In this document: one piece after another, positions 12,421 through 25,472 of the stretch
Layout of the letters: each line of letters begins with the position of its first letter
Numbering within the stretch: the first letter of the stretch is position 1
NCBI GenBank assembly: GCA_032718475.1
Contig: JAUCBJ010002494.1
Span: 1 to 60,781, forward strand
From: Nemertoderma westbladi
Taxonomy: Eukaryota > Animalia > Xenacoelomorpha
Reading direction: 5' to 3'
DNA length: 60,781 bases
The notes under the pieces: generated by a model
What the model saw: only the letters and a program-made list of their open reading frames with translations
Told to the model about the DNA's origin: nothing
Database searches by the model: none
Position numbers and translations under genes: made by a program

Positions 12421-13218
12421 TTTCGAGACGCACTGTATATGGTAAACCAACAATGCTACTGTATACAGCCATGGAGTAAAGAGTCACACTAATATAGTAA
12501 AAAGTAGTAACCATATAGTAAAACGTTTTATGATTGTAAGTACACAGTATGGAAATCCAGTTCTCAGTAAGACATGACTGTATACCAGTTAGCCAACTGT
12601 ACTGTACCGTATTCCATATCGAACTGAAAGTTTGTTATGCACTCTCACTCTATAAGTGATGAATGATGACGTCACAATGCCGTTCATAGAAGAGCTTATT
12701 ATTATTAATTTATCAGCCATCCTATATCAACAGAAATTGAAAAACAGTAAAAGACCAACCACCTAAAAATAATTACCGATATATTGTATCTACAGTAGTA
12801 AATAGTTAGAGTTGCGCTTACTGTATTTATTGCATAAGAAAGTCACTACTGTATATTGAATTGCAACATGACAATAAGTCGAGGTCGCTTGTGCGATATA
12901 ATGCATAAAATTGGAAAAATATCGCTGGACGCTGACACCTCTTAGGCCTACACAGAAAAGGTATGTTTTAAGTCATATAACTGCCATGCCACTTTATCTA
13001 CATTACAGTATGTCTAGTACTTCGTTTTTCTTATCTCGCGTTAATATTTCGTAACAAAATATATTCTAAAATAGATCCCTAGTTCGAATCCCGGTCGCAG
13101 CATTAATATTTCGATCAGTTTATATTCACATGCTTCTAATTAAACTTAACATCAGCCTGCGTCGGCCTTCAACTTCAGCAATATTCTAAATTACAAAATT
13201 AATTATTGTTATCCTTAG

Positions 13219-13388
13219 GTGGGTAAAATTGGCGGGCGTCAAGAACTATCGCTAGGTGACGGTTGCCATAGCTTGGGAACTGCTGTACACGAAGTGTTAC
13301 ATGCCTTGGGAGTCTACCACGAACAGAGCAGACCAGACCGGGACAGCCATATAGTGATACTCTGGGATGTAATCGAAGAGTCAAAAAA
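13219..13388 (+). CDS. Astacin metalloprotease exon with zinc-binding motif
   Basis: [35 protein letters not shown] (HExxHxxGxxHExxRxDRD); phase-2 GT donor at 13389. Confidence 0.92.
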
Positions 13389-14516
13389 GTTCGAAAATTA
13401 CTTATGTACATGTACAGTATAGTACCGGTATTACAACTGTAAATATTTTAAAAATACGAGAAAAGCAGGATTGTTTCAGCCAAAGCGCGACAATCGGGCG
13501 TCCCGCCAGGCATCTCGGGGGGCAGTGGGACAGGGACTCCAAAGCGGGACTGTCCTTCCGAAAGCGGGACGTCTGGTCACCTTATAGTTAAAGGGCAGAT
13601 GCAGAAGTTATGGTATTAATATTAAAGAAAGCAAGGTTATACTGTTGTACTGATGTAGAGCAGTAGTGTCATACCGGTATCATTCTGTCAGTATGGTATT
13701 GGTCATGGCCTACTAGTAGTAGTAGTAGTAATGGTAATGTACTGTAGTAGTAATGGTAAAGTAGTACAGTATTAATGGTAGGCCATGGTATTGGTATGAT
13801 ATCAGGATATTAAATGGTATTCTTAATACTAAATACAGAAATACCCCAAATAACGCAACTTCTGCACTTTAACTGTTCAACATTTAGCAGATGACATGAT
13901 TCAACGAAGACTACTGAGGGAGGCAAGGACTGGCACATGGTAAAGCCAGACTTCGCTAGCGAAGGCCTTGTTGTTTTTGTTACTGGTAACCAGTTGAACT
14001 TGAACAACAGACATTTTCGTTGCAATAACTATGTCAATATTACATTATAATGCCATTCTAGAGTATTATCACTTTTTTTTTTTCGAATGATAATAGTGGG
14101 ATGGTTTTTTTTAATTAGTAGGTGATCAAAGTAGCCCCAGGGTTGGGGCAACTTTGATCACACATTATTATTAAGTAAAAATCAATGTAACCCCTAATTC
14201 CTAAACTACTTGACTAAACTTAACTACCTGACTGGTGAATAACCTACCGACAAAAATACAGTAACTTACTAATAAGGGGCTTCTTTGATCACAATAAAAC
14301 ATTTCACAAGTGTCTCATTGTCTGATACTGGGATATGCATAATGGGCATATTTCTTACGTTCATAAAGATAGGGCATTCCGGCATTTGTTAATGAATCAA
14401 TTCTTCTAAATGCTCACTGATCACCTCACAATCATAAATATGATTATTATTTAGATTGGATTTATTTATTTGTTATTATTATATTTATTATTATTATTTA
14501 TTTATTGCATAGTTAT

Positions 14517-16145
14517 AACTAGAGAGCCAGCAAGCTGGCTGGAAGGAGCCCGGGGGGAAGAATCCTAGCCCATACTAAACTAAACAATTGTCTAAATGGT
14601 GTGATGATACATAGCTGACTTTGTGGCTTGCCCCACATAATAAAAAATGAAACTTTGCTGCCACTAACAACCGAATATTTATAAGAAAATGCCCATGATT
14701 CACAACCAGATAAATAACAAGTTAGATTTACCAGTACAGGTACGGTTACCTTTCTTTTTGAAAACCATTAGATTTAACAATTAATAGAAGTCTAGGTCGC
14801 GGCGAAAAATAATAACGCAAATTAAACAACCATACAATCGGCCTACACACTTTTTTATTATTCGAAATAAATTCGCTAACAGAAAATATCTAAACTAATT
14901 TATTTATTTACTAATTAATCTAAACGAGAAGGTGAACAATTGTTTCTACACAATTAATTATGACGACTTTTATGGGATATGTAATATTTACTGTTCAATA
15001 ATAATTTACAATCTCCCATTCCAACACATTCCCAGAGAGTAATAATATCATCAATATAACAAACTAAGTGGATTATAATTCGATTTCTTCAGCCAAGTCC
15101 GATAGCTATTTTTCTGAAATTTATATTGCTAATTTAATTATTTGGCATATTCTGTTTGTGGCGCAGACTATAATAATAATAACATTGTTGACATACAGTC
15201 TTTGAACCTTTCAGTCTTTCTCAGCAGTACTTTGTGGCTCGTCCCACATAATAAAAACTGAAACTTTGCTATGACAACACACCCGGTTCTTTTAAATTTG
15301 CGTGATTTGATTTATGCTCGCACCACTATTTGTAAGAAATATTAAAACTTATCTTACAGTATGGCAATGTAGTAATGGTATTAAAATATAATTAAATTAA
15401 TTTACACTATTAATGCTTCAGCTAAAAAATCGTTTCAGCTAAAAAATCGTATGTAATAAAAAAAATAAGAATATTTTTAATATGTGTATATGTAATATAG
15501 GTATTACTGCTAAGTTAGGCAGTAGGCCAGAGCGGGCTCCTTAAATACATGCAACTACTGTATTATAGTGTAGGTCAACTATAAAACATTTTGCAATCCA
15601 CAGTGAGTATCGACTGCAATAGGACACAACACACTGCTTTGTGTAACTAAAATTCATTCTCCTGATCCACCCCCTAACATAGCAGAGTGAGTAACCTTAT
15701 TGTAGATATACCCTTAGGAAGCACTGGGAGAGCAATCAGCTTATGGGGTAATACATTAGAAACCAACAGCTTATGTGTGAGTAAACATTGCCTTTCCTTA
15801 TAGCCTACTAGTAAAACTTGGCAACCAACACGTTTTTCTATGACTGTGTATAACATATTAAGCCATATTTCATCATGAACACCAGCTGTTATTTTACCAT
15901 TGCTTTTAATTTCGCGACAAAACAATGTCAAAAAACTAAATATATCGAATACCACACATAGAATCGATCTGAAATTTTGTAACGCGATTATGAACCTCAA
16001 AAGCAATGTACTTGCAAAATTTCATCAAAATCGCCAGGCAGGAAGTGCCTTAACCTAGATAATTATCAGTCAGTCAGTGTCAGTCAATGTAATGTATCCT
16101 GAAGATTCTTACAGTAAGTATCCCGCTGTCAAGCGGGCTCCTAAT
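14517..16145. mobile_element. Non-autonomous Helitron-like fragments
   Basis: Hairpin+CTAG end on - strand (AGCCAGC-TT-GCTGGCT-CT-CTAG, ~14519-14541); hairpin CCCGCT-GTCA-AGCGGG followed by CTCCTAAT at ~16122-16145. Confidence 0.4.
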
Positions 16146-16237
16146 TAAACAATGTAACTGTACCTAAATAGTGTATGATTTCGATTGTATGATGAAATAG
16201 TGTATAAATTTATGTATCTGTACACTGTTGGTACAGC

Positions 16238-17838
16238 CTATTGGCAACAAATGTATGGGGTGTCTTCCTCATAAGAGTCTGGCAGCACGCAATCGCCACA
16301 GTACCAGTTTGCGCACAACTCACACATGACCCAATCTGCCCCATCCAGATCGTGATCAACCCACAAACAGGTACAGGTGCCACAAGCACACGAGGTTGAA
16401 GAGGTGCTTGTTCCTGCACAAGCAGGTTGCAGATCCGAGGGGGTTATGCCCCTTCCAGGTGTAATCTTCGTTCCTCGTGTAACGGTACTCTCCTTCCTAG
16501 ATGCATTCGAGTGGCCTTGTAATTCCTCTCTTAACAGGTTTACAACGACCTCATTCATACAACTGCCGAGCCCACATCGGCGCCGTTGGATGGTTGTGCT
16601 TGTGGAATATGACGTAATCCTTTCTCTGGATTGAATGGCACTATACCTGAGGCTCCAAATCCCTTAACAAGGTTCTTGCTGATGGCAGGTTGTCCGAGGC
16701 TGTTATGGAGACGTTTCAACAGACCGGGGAATTGGGTCTTAGGTATGGCACCCTTTATCCTACTCTCTTTACGCCAAGTGCTGAGTTCCTTTCACCACGC
16801 TGTTTTGGCAGGTTTAAAGAAAGCCACATCTAGGGGTTGAAGGATGTGGGTACTGTTGGGAGGCAGCGGAATGAAAAGTTAATAAGTTAAAAAGTTAAAA
16901 TGTTAATTAAAAGTTAAAAAAAATGAAGCGAATATTATTATCAAGGCAAGATTGCACTACTTGGCAGACATATGTGACCCAAGGTTATCGCCAATCAAGA
17001 CTTTCTTGCCTGGCAAATCCTTTATGGATGGAAGATAAATTGTGGAAAACCATTCCTCAAATTTATCCATATGGAACCAGCCGGATTCTGTTGAACTATA
17101 ATGTGCCCCAACTGGGCCCCCGACTGTCTACCCCTCATACATATGCTTGGCCTTGTGGACAACCATAACTGGATTAAGGGTTCCATCCGCGGAACCACTG
17201 TACATGACTGATGTCATATGTTTGCTGTTGTTTATTGAACGCTCAATGTGTAAAGTGCCTCTGTGGCAAATAACGCGTTTAGACCCAGGATCGTTAGAGA
17301 ATCCAGTTTCATCGTAATTGCCAAGATTTCCTGGTGGCACACCTTCAACTTCAGTCTTCAGTTCGTTATAGAAATCAATTATCACATCTGGAGTGAGTTT
17401 TGCCCTAGCTGGCTTGATATTAGCAGCCATACGTTGTGTTAGGTTATGTCTCTTTAGAAAACCTCGAATCCACTCGATCCCAGGAAAATTATCTTTAAAG
17501 GCAGCAATCACTACACCTTTCTTATTCAAAAACTGTTGCACGATGTGTTGTATTTCACCATAGTCTAGCGGCTTCTTCCAATATACAAATGTGTCAATAA
17601 CATCCAAAAGGCATTTTTCATCTGCAGGGTCTAATGCTACCGGATGACCAACACTGCCACTATGAACTTTGTTTACACTATTCCAAATTGTCCCATATGA
17701 TACTTTGAATTTCTTAGAAGCTTCGCGGATTGAAGCGCCTCTTCCTACAGCTGCAACAGCTTTCATTAATGTCTCACTTGTATAATTCCCATAGGTACGT
17801 GAACCCAGGGGCTTTTTGTAATTCTAATTCCGAACCAT
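16238..17838 (-). pseudogene. pogo-family transposase pseudogene (HTH, CENP-B-like HTH, DDE_1, PHD)
   Basis: SIREASKKFKVSYGT HTH, PGIEWIRGFLKRH, NYDETGF, C-terminal WVMCELCANWYCGDC..YIC; stops and frameshifts. Confidence 0.85.
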
Positions 17839-18309
17839 TGTAGATATATAGTGATAGGCTAGGTGCTAGAGGCCTATCTTAACATTCAAATATTAAATAA
17901 TGGAATATTTTTATTAGGTATATATAGGGCCTACCCCTACCGGTATTATAGGCCTACTACCCTACTTACTATGTACGTACAGGCTATACTATACATACAT
18001 TGCTGATCATTAAGGCCAAATATTTACTTGTAATATGCGTCAAAAAAATACATGATCAAAGTTACCCCAGCCGATCATTGTTGCCCCATGGATCAAAGTA
18101 GCCCCACTTTACGGTAGTTTAGCTCAGAGGTAGCAGTCAGCAGTGACTATATTACTGGCACCGGTCAGCCGGTACCGGTAACCCACCAGCCCATCGAAGC
18201 GTCGTATGTCGTACAACTCGTAGTACGTGTACTAGAGTACTGCCGTAGCCATATCCAGTATCGCTGTATGTATCTGTAACTATTATTTATTTGATTACCG
18301 GTATTAATA

Positions 18310-18591
18310 ATGCTCAATAAATGCTGTGTCTTTGGATGTATTGGAAAGGAAACTACGTATGACATGATACTTTTAATAAAGTCCGAACAGCCAAGCTTCA
18401 CCGTTAGGTTCACCAGAACGCGACCACTGGATTGTCCCATTGCTGCAATGCCAAGGCGACTCGGCGATGATGGTTTGCCATTCATCTACAGGAAGAACGC
18501 AGTCATTTGTATCTCCCACTGGCGAGGGTTTCCCGAGGATGTTCGGCATATCAAGGTGGCCAGTGTAAAGTATGGTAGTAAAATAAAGTGA
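18310..18591 (+). pseudogene. THAP (C2CH) DNA-binding domain, N-terminus of a P-like transposase
   Basis: MLNKCCVFGC...AVICISHW. Confidence 0.65.
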
Positions 18592-18736
18592 TAATATAAA
18601 ATTACTGCCTAATAATAGGCCTATAAAGTAATTATAATATAATGAAATTTGTTGTGCATTTTTAAACTAATAATAAAATAATTAACAGAAACTTTATAAG
18701 GCCATCTGATAAAGACAGTCGAAAGGGACCATACAA

Positions 18737-19036
18737 TGTTAATATTCGCCATAGTTGCTATGAAAGATACTGTAGGTTATTAATTAGGACCTAAGGTCCT
18801 CCTGTTATCAGTAGTCAGTATATCCTTCTTACCATACCGGTAGTAGAAACTATGCAAGTACTGTCAGTACCGGTAGTGGTTAGTTTTTGTGCTACTGCAC
18901 TTTCTGTGTTAACTGCTGACTGCATTATGCAGTTGTGTTTGCTGTTTTGTGTTTATTCTATTATATGAAGGTCTGTAATTGATATTAACCACCTGTCAGG
19001 GTTTTGCTGCCGACTTAAAAACCTAATACTGCAACA
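18737..19036 (+). repeat. Copia 5' LTR (300 bp)
   Basis: TGTTAATATTCGCC..TACTGCAACA; about 9 substitutions versus the 3' LTR by eye. Confidence 0.95.
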
Positions 19037-19374
19037 GGTTATGGGCCCAGTTCATATGTTTGGAATCAGATACTGACTGTACACAGACAGACAGATACGG
19101 TACCGGTACCGGTACCGGGCGGGTGAAGCACTATGGCTATACAACGTAAACCTAAAGAATCGCTTATGTTTAGCGGTAGGGCGGATTATTTTCCTTATTG
19201 GAAGGAGAAGTTCCATGCATACGCGACTAAACGGAAACTGGGAAAACTCCTAGTGGGCGAGGTGGCGGAGCCCAATGTGCCAGAGATGCCGGCAACCGCT
19301 TTCGCAGACGATGCAGCGAGTCAGCAGTTCGAGAAAAGACGAACGAATGCTGAAGCCGAACTCGAACGCTATAC

Positions 19375-19736
19375 GGGGCCGTCCAAGTATGACATCTGCA
19401 CTTTTCCCCAAAATGTTGACCCCCTCCCTCCCCTAAATCAGATGTCATCAGATAGGCATTGACACCCCCCCCCCCCCCCTCCCTTAAATCAGATTAAAAA
19501 AATTTTGCGTCCTAATCACTGAAACATGGTGACTGGTAACTGAAACAGAAGATATGAAACATTAAAATAGGCAAGCTATTTACTCTTCTGCTATATCTCT
19601 TCTAGCACCTATAAATGAACATGCTGACGTCAGATTTTGGCTGACCCCCTCCCCTCATCAGCATGTCATCAGATTTTCCCAACCCCCCCCCCCCCCCCCC
19701 CCCCCTAAAATGCTGACGTCATACTTGGACGGCCCC
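19375..19736. mobile_element. PIF/Harbinger-like MITE in Copia gag
   Basis: 19-bp TIR GGGGCCGTCCAAGTATGAC; 3-bp TSD TAC/TAA; removal restores ERYND in gag. Confidence 0.8.
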
Positions 19737-22700
19737 TAATGACAATATTAGCGATCTCTGGTATGACATGGTGTTGTACTTGGACAAGGAATCTATTATG
19801 TACATAAAAAAACGACTGTCACAGTAATGGGCCAGCAGCCTGGCAGAAGTAATGCTATCGATTTCGAGGTGCTGAAAAACCGCGGATTATGGGGTTGATG
19901 TCTGACCTAATGAGACTTAAGCTAAAGTCTGAGGAGTCTGTGGAGTCTGTGGGTCCGTGTGAGGATTCCTACCTCACACGAGCGAAGGAGATCTCAGTAG
20001 ATCTGGCGGAAAATGGAGAACCTGTTAGTGACACATTGCTAATAAATACAGTTCTAAATGTCCTACTTAAGGATTACGACGAGTTTATCATAGCCCGAAA
20101 CTTCAATGAGCTATCATCTTTTGAAGAAACACGTGCAGCATTGATAAGTTATAGTGATTTTCGGAAGTATAAGGATACGTGCTAAATCTGGTGCCAGCAG
20201 CAGTAAACCGCATGGAAAATGTTATATCTGTAAAAGATCGAGACATTTCAAGGCGGATTGTCCTGAAAGGCGTGGAAAGGATAAATCTGGTGAAAAACCA
20301 CAATCTTTCTGCACCAACTGTAAGAAAACAGGCCATATATTTACTAACTGTTGGGCCAAAGGTGGTGGCTCTGAAAGAAAGTCAAATTGTGGTGGGAATA
20401 CCAGTGAAAATGTTTCGAATACTGCATCAAATACATTCTGTTTTCATTCATATCTCAGAGATCCTGACAATCAATCTAATGTATCTCATTTTCTGTTAGA
20501 TAGCGGGTATACGGATCATATGCTGGTCGACAGGCAATTATTTGTTAGTTACAAGAGTGCTGGTCCCAATGATGTGACTCGGAACCCTGATGGATCCACA
20601 ACGAGGATTGCAGGGTGAGGAACTGCTTCAATTTTGGTAAGGGATAGAAATGGGATGGAGGTGGAAATGAAACTCCAAAATGCACTCCATATCCCGGCTT
20701 ACACAAGAAACCTACTGTCCATCGATGTATGCAGAGGATATGGTTGGACTTGTGTTTTCTCTCCAGAAGAAGCTAAAATCTAAAAGAGAATCTAAAAGTG
20801 GAAATAAAATTGATGTATTCCGACTTTTCGACTTTTCTTTCTTGATGGAAGTGCCAATAAGTCCGAGGCTGAGTGCAATTTTACTTCTGTAGAACAACCT
20901 AATTTGCAACTGTGGCATACGCGTCTAGGCCACTGCAATGAAGCGGATGTTAGAAGTCTACTGAAGGATATGGGTAATATCCAATGCAAGGATCTATCTA
21001 AACCAATGCCTTTCTGTGAAGTCTGCCCTCAGTCAAAGATGCAGCGACTGCCAGTCTCTAAAAAGACAGAAAGAGTGGCTACAAAACCACTAGAGTTAGT
21101 GTATACAGACGTCACTGGGCCTATAGAGCCAGCGAGTTTCAATGGTATGCGGTATGCATTATGTCTCATAGATGCATACAGCCGTCTAGCAAAAATGTAT
21201 TTTATGGTACGCAAGAATGAGGTTATAGATAAATTCAAAATTTATACGGCAGAAGTTGGTATACCAGACAAAGTAATAAGGCACATACGCAGTGATGGTG
21301 GTGGTGAGTTTGCGTCAGGGGAATTAAGGGAGTTCTGCGCAAACAATGGCATTCATCATGAGTTTACTGTGCCTTACACACCTGAGATGAATGGAGTCAT
21401 AGAGAGATACTTTAGGACATCAGTCGATATGGCAAGGGCTATGTTAATTGATTCATGTTTATCAAAGAAATACTGGGTTCGGGCTCTCCATACTGCAGTC
21501 TATATAAGAAACCGGTGTCCATCTGGTGCTTTGGCAGGGAAAACACCATACCAAGTATTCTATGAGAAGAAGCCGGATATTAACAAGCTACATGTATTTG
21601 GTTGTGAAGAATTCGTTCGCATTGAACGACAGTTTAGAAAGAAACTGGATCCGAAAGCCTCATGTGGAATTTTTCTAGGTTATGACGATTCATCACCTGC
21701 TTATATTGTTGATGTCAATGGATCACTGAAACGACTGAGAAATGTTGTCTTCAATGAGAATTATCAACCTGTAGAGGCAGAGGATAGGGGCAAGGGGAGC
21801 ACTATAATTGGTGATAGTGAACTCGAACTGTCAAGTGACGATGACAATGATGACCTGGAATTTCCAGATGGTAGTATTAATAGTAACCCTGTAAGTGGCA
21901 TAAATAGTGAAATAATGGGGGCAGATCCTGTGGCTCAACATGAATCAGGTGAAGAGACTTCTAGGCCACGGAGACAGGTACAAGCACTACAACGCTATGG
22001 AGAATGGCTGAATGATATAGACATTGAGGCTCTAAATGCGTATAATGTAACACCATCACCAAATGGAGAACCAAAGAGCTACAGAGAAGCTGTAAACAGC
22101 ATTGAATGTTCTGAATGGAGACATGCCATGAAGGTAGAATATGATGCTCCAGTGCAAAATAATACTTGGGAACTTTCAACCATTCCATCAGGCCGAAAGC
22201 CAATAAGTGGAAAATGGGTTTATAAATTAAAACGCAATGAAAATGGTGACGTGCTAAAATACAAAGCTCGTTATGTAGCTCGTGGATTTTCGCAAGAAGC
22301 AGGAACTGATTATGAGGAAACATTTGCCCCAACTACTAAGAGGGAAACAGTGCGGGCAATACTCGGAATAGCTGCTCAAGAGAATCTTGTGCTGAGACAA
22401 CTACAGTCCAGCTCACCAACAGAGTGCCATCGGATCCGATCTGAACCGATCGGATCCAACAGCTTCAAACACTTTCAGACAAACTCCAACAGTCCAACAA
22501 CTTCAAACAGATTCAGACAGTTTCAAACAGATTCAGACAGTTTCAAACAGAATCAGACAACTTCCAACAACCTGTCAATCACTCCACCCACACTCAACCG
22601 CAACCCCAACTCAACTCCCATCTTCTTGCGCGCAGATAGAATGAAGGCGTTTGAAACTACTAAAGGAACTCCATTCATAAAGCCACAATAACGACAGAGT

Positions 22701-23484
22701 GGACTGGCCACTGGCGGCTCCCTTGAACATTCACACTGTAACTTAAGCTGACCTGAAGGAACAGCCCATTAGTGAGGTCGGTATTTCTCTTTATTCCTGC
22801 CGCTATCTTTGAATAACACAATAGCAGAAAGCTAACCAGTGGTCTACCCCCAATACAAGAAAGACAAGTTGGCTACCATTGAAATGAATGGGGAATGGAA
22901 TTCTGTGTTCACATACTAATGTTGCTTTGGGTTGGTCTAGAGCCATACAATAGAGCTTTACGGAAATACACTTCCAAAGAGCCAAGCAGTGGCGGTATAG
23001 GTCCAAAATGCCCATGTAGAATTTCTTCGAATAAGGCTCAATTTCTTTAAGTTACATTAATTAAAATACTGATAAATATATTTTGCTTTTCGCAGGAGGG
23101 ACAGTATCCCCCTCTACAGTTAATATAGTGTACGTACATGTGTTAGTTATATAGTTGCGTTTATTTATATTTATACAGGTTTGGATATGATCTCTACTAG
23201 TTTGATTTTTGTTTTGTCAATTAATTAATTGTGCTGTTAATTTGTCAATCACTGCCTTAATTGGCTACATTGCTTATTGTATGAATGAATATAATTAGTT
23301 ATTAAGACATTATTTTAATTAGTATCTGGTGTGATTAGGTCTACCTTTTACATAACAACAGTACGTCAATGGCGGATATACTACTACTACTACTAAGTCG
23401 AGCGAACTTGGACAGTGGAAATGAGATCCTTCCAGGCTTCCCGATTCTCCATAGTTGTCGCAATTTCGTTTCTCCCAAGTTCAG

Positions 23485-25472
23485 AGATGATAATTGATGT
23501 TAACGACATACTGACTAACAGGGGGTTGGTATGTATATATTAAATTAAATTAAAGGAAGAACGGGGAACTGTGTGTGTGCCCTAGCATTCCACCAGTTTC
23601 CCATTGGTAACATATTTACTTACCATAGGCCTATAGGGTTCCTGTGTTCTGTGGTCTGACTTCTGTTTTGGGCTAGGTGGTAACAGAGTTGATGGTGCAA
23701 TTATTTTAGGTCATTGGTGCATTATAGATAGGCTTGGCTAATTCCCTGTCCAGCTGACGAGGTGTCGAGGATTAGCGCGTACTGGTCCAAGACACCGAAA
23801 CGCAACCATATTTTTCACAAATTAATTATTTTTGCCTCAGTCATACCCCTTTCACGGCGACAAAATTGTCATATATTTTCTTATAGAATATAGGCTTAGC
23901 TATTGTGCAGTTTATTAACGGTATCATTTAGTGTATGGCGGGTAGGCTTAGGGTTAGGGTTGCGACACATACCTGTATGTTTAGCTTGTATTTATATTTG
24001 TTTGTGTTTGTGTGTTTGTTGTTCTTTCGATGACCCTAGGGGTCGAGAAATATTTTGGGCTAAATGTCCTGATTCTATATTTTTTATTGGGGGTGTAAGA
24101 CTCCTGTTCTTCCTTTAATTTAATTTAATATATACATACCAACCCCCTGTTAGTCAGTATGTCGTTAACATCAATTATCATCTTATGAAAGTGGAGCAGA
24201 ATTCCGACATTACTGCAAATCATAAAATCTTATTTAAATTTTGTACTGTGTGTGTGCCCTAGCATTCCACCAGTTTCCCATTGGTAACATATTTACTTAC
24301 CATAGGCCTATAGGGTTCCTGTGTTCTGTGGTCTGACTTCTGTTTTGGGCTAGGTGGTAACAGAGTTGATGGTGCGATTATTTTAGGTCATTGGTGCATT
24401 ATAGATAGGCTTGGCTAATTCCCTGTCCAGCTGACGAGGTGTCGAGGATTAGCGCGTACTGGTCCAAGACACCGAAACGCAACCATATTTTTCACAAATT
24501 AATTATTTTTGCCTCAGTCATACCCCTTTCACGGCGACAAAATTGTCATATATTTTCTTATAGAATATAGGCTTAGCTATTGTGCAGTTTATTAACGGTA
24601 TCATTTAGTGTATGGCGGGTAGGCTTAGGGTTAGGGTTGCGACACATACCTGTATGTTTAGCATGTATTTATATTTGTTTGTGTTTGTGTGTTTGTTGTT
24701 CTTTCGATGACCCTAGGGGTCGAGAAATATTTTGGGCTAAATGTCCTGATTCTATATTTTTTATTGGGGGTGTAAGACTCCTGTTCTTCCTTTAATTTAA
24801 TTTAATATATACATACCAACCCCCTGTTAGTCAGTATGTCGTTAACATCAATTATCATCTTATGAAAGTGGAGCAGAATTCCGACATTACTGCAAATCAT
24901 AAAATCTTATTTAAATTTTGTACTGTGTGTGTGCCCTAGCATTCCACCAGTTTCCCATTGGTAACATATTTACTTACCATAGGCCTATAGGGTTCCTGTG
25001 TTCTGTGGTCTGACTTCTGTTTTGGGCTAGGTGGTAACAGAGTTGATGGTGCGATTATTTTAGGTCATTGGTGCATTATAGATAGGCTTGGCTAATTCCC
25101 TGTCCAGCTGACGAGGTGTCGAGGATTAGCGCGTACTGGTCCAAGACACCGAAACGCAACCATATTTTTCACAAATTAATTATTTTTGCCTCAGTCATAC
25201 CCCTTTCACGGCGACAAAATTGTCATATATTTTCTTATAGAATATAGGCTTAGCTATTGTGCAGTTTATTAACGGTATCATTTAGTGTATGGCGGGTAGG
25301 CTTAGGGTTAGGGTTGCGACACATACCTGTATGTTTAGCATGTATTTATATTTGTTTGTGTTTGTTGTTCTTTCGATGACCCTAGGGGTCGAGAAATATT
25401 TTGGGCTAAATGTCCTGATTCTATATTTTTTATTGGGGGTGTAAGACTCCTGTTCTTCCTTTAATTTAATTT
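23485..25472 (+). mobile_element. 677-bp tandem array (~2.8 copies) with 5' inversion and TSD; Penelope-mobilised/retrozyme-like
   Basis: Units start at 23568, 24245 and 24922; 23485-23567 is the reverse complement of 24102-24183; flanking duplication AAGTTCAGAGATG (23477-23489, 25473-25485). Confidence 0.9.
23750..23807 (+). ncRNA. Hammerhead ribozyme core with atypical topology (copies at 24427-24484 and 25104-25161)
   Basis: CCAG-CTGACGA-GGTGTC-[GAGGATTAGC-GCGTA-CTGG-TCCAA]-GACACC-GAAA-CGCAACC. Confidence 0.7.

Larger units (their letters stand above)
14119..18114 (-). mobile_element. pogo/Fot1-like DNA transposon, left end eroded
   Basis: GATCAAAGTAGCCCC repeats at both ends; right end ..CCCCACTTTACGG|TA; contains the transposase below. 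Confidence 0.7.

Noticed and set aside
22404-22691. Novel Q/T/S/N-rich C-terminal domain on the Copia polyprotein (also ORFs at 26430-26842)
   Set aside because: Read-through into MITE subterminal repeats; removing the MITE restores the RT.
23903-24795. Repeated hydrophobic 71-aa ORFs in the 677-bp unit
   Set aside because: Non-ATG start, GT-rich low complexity, and no homology recognised.
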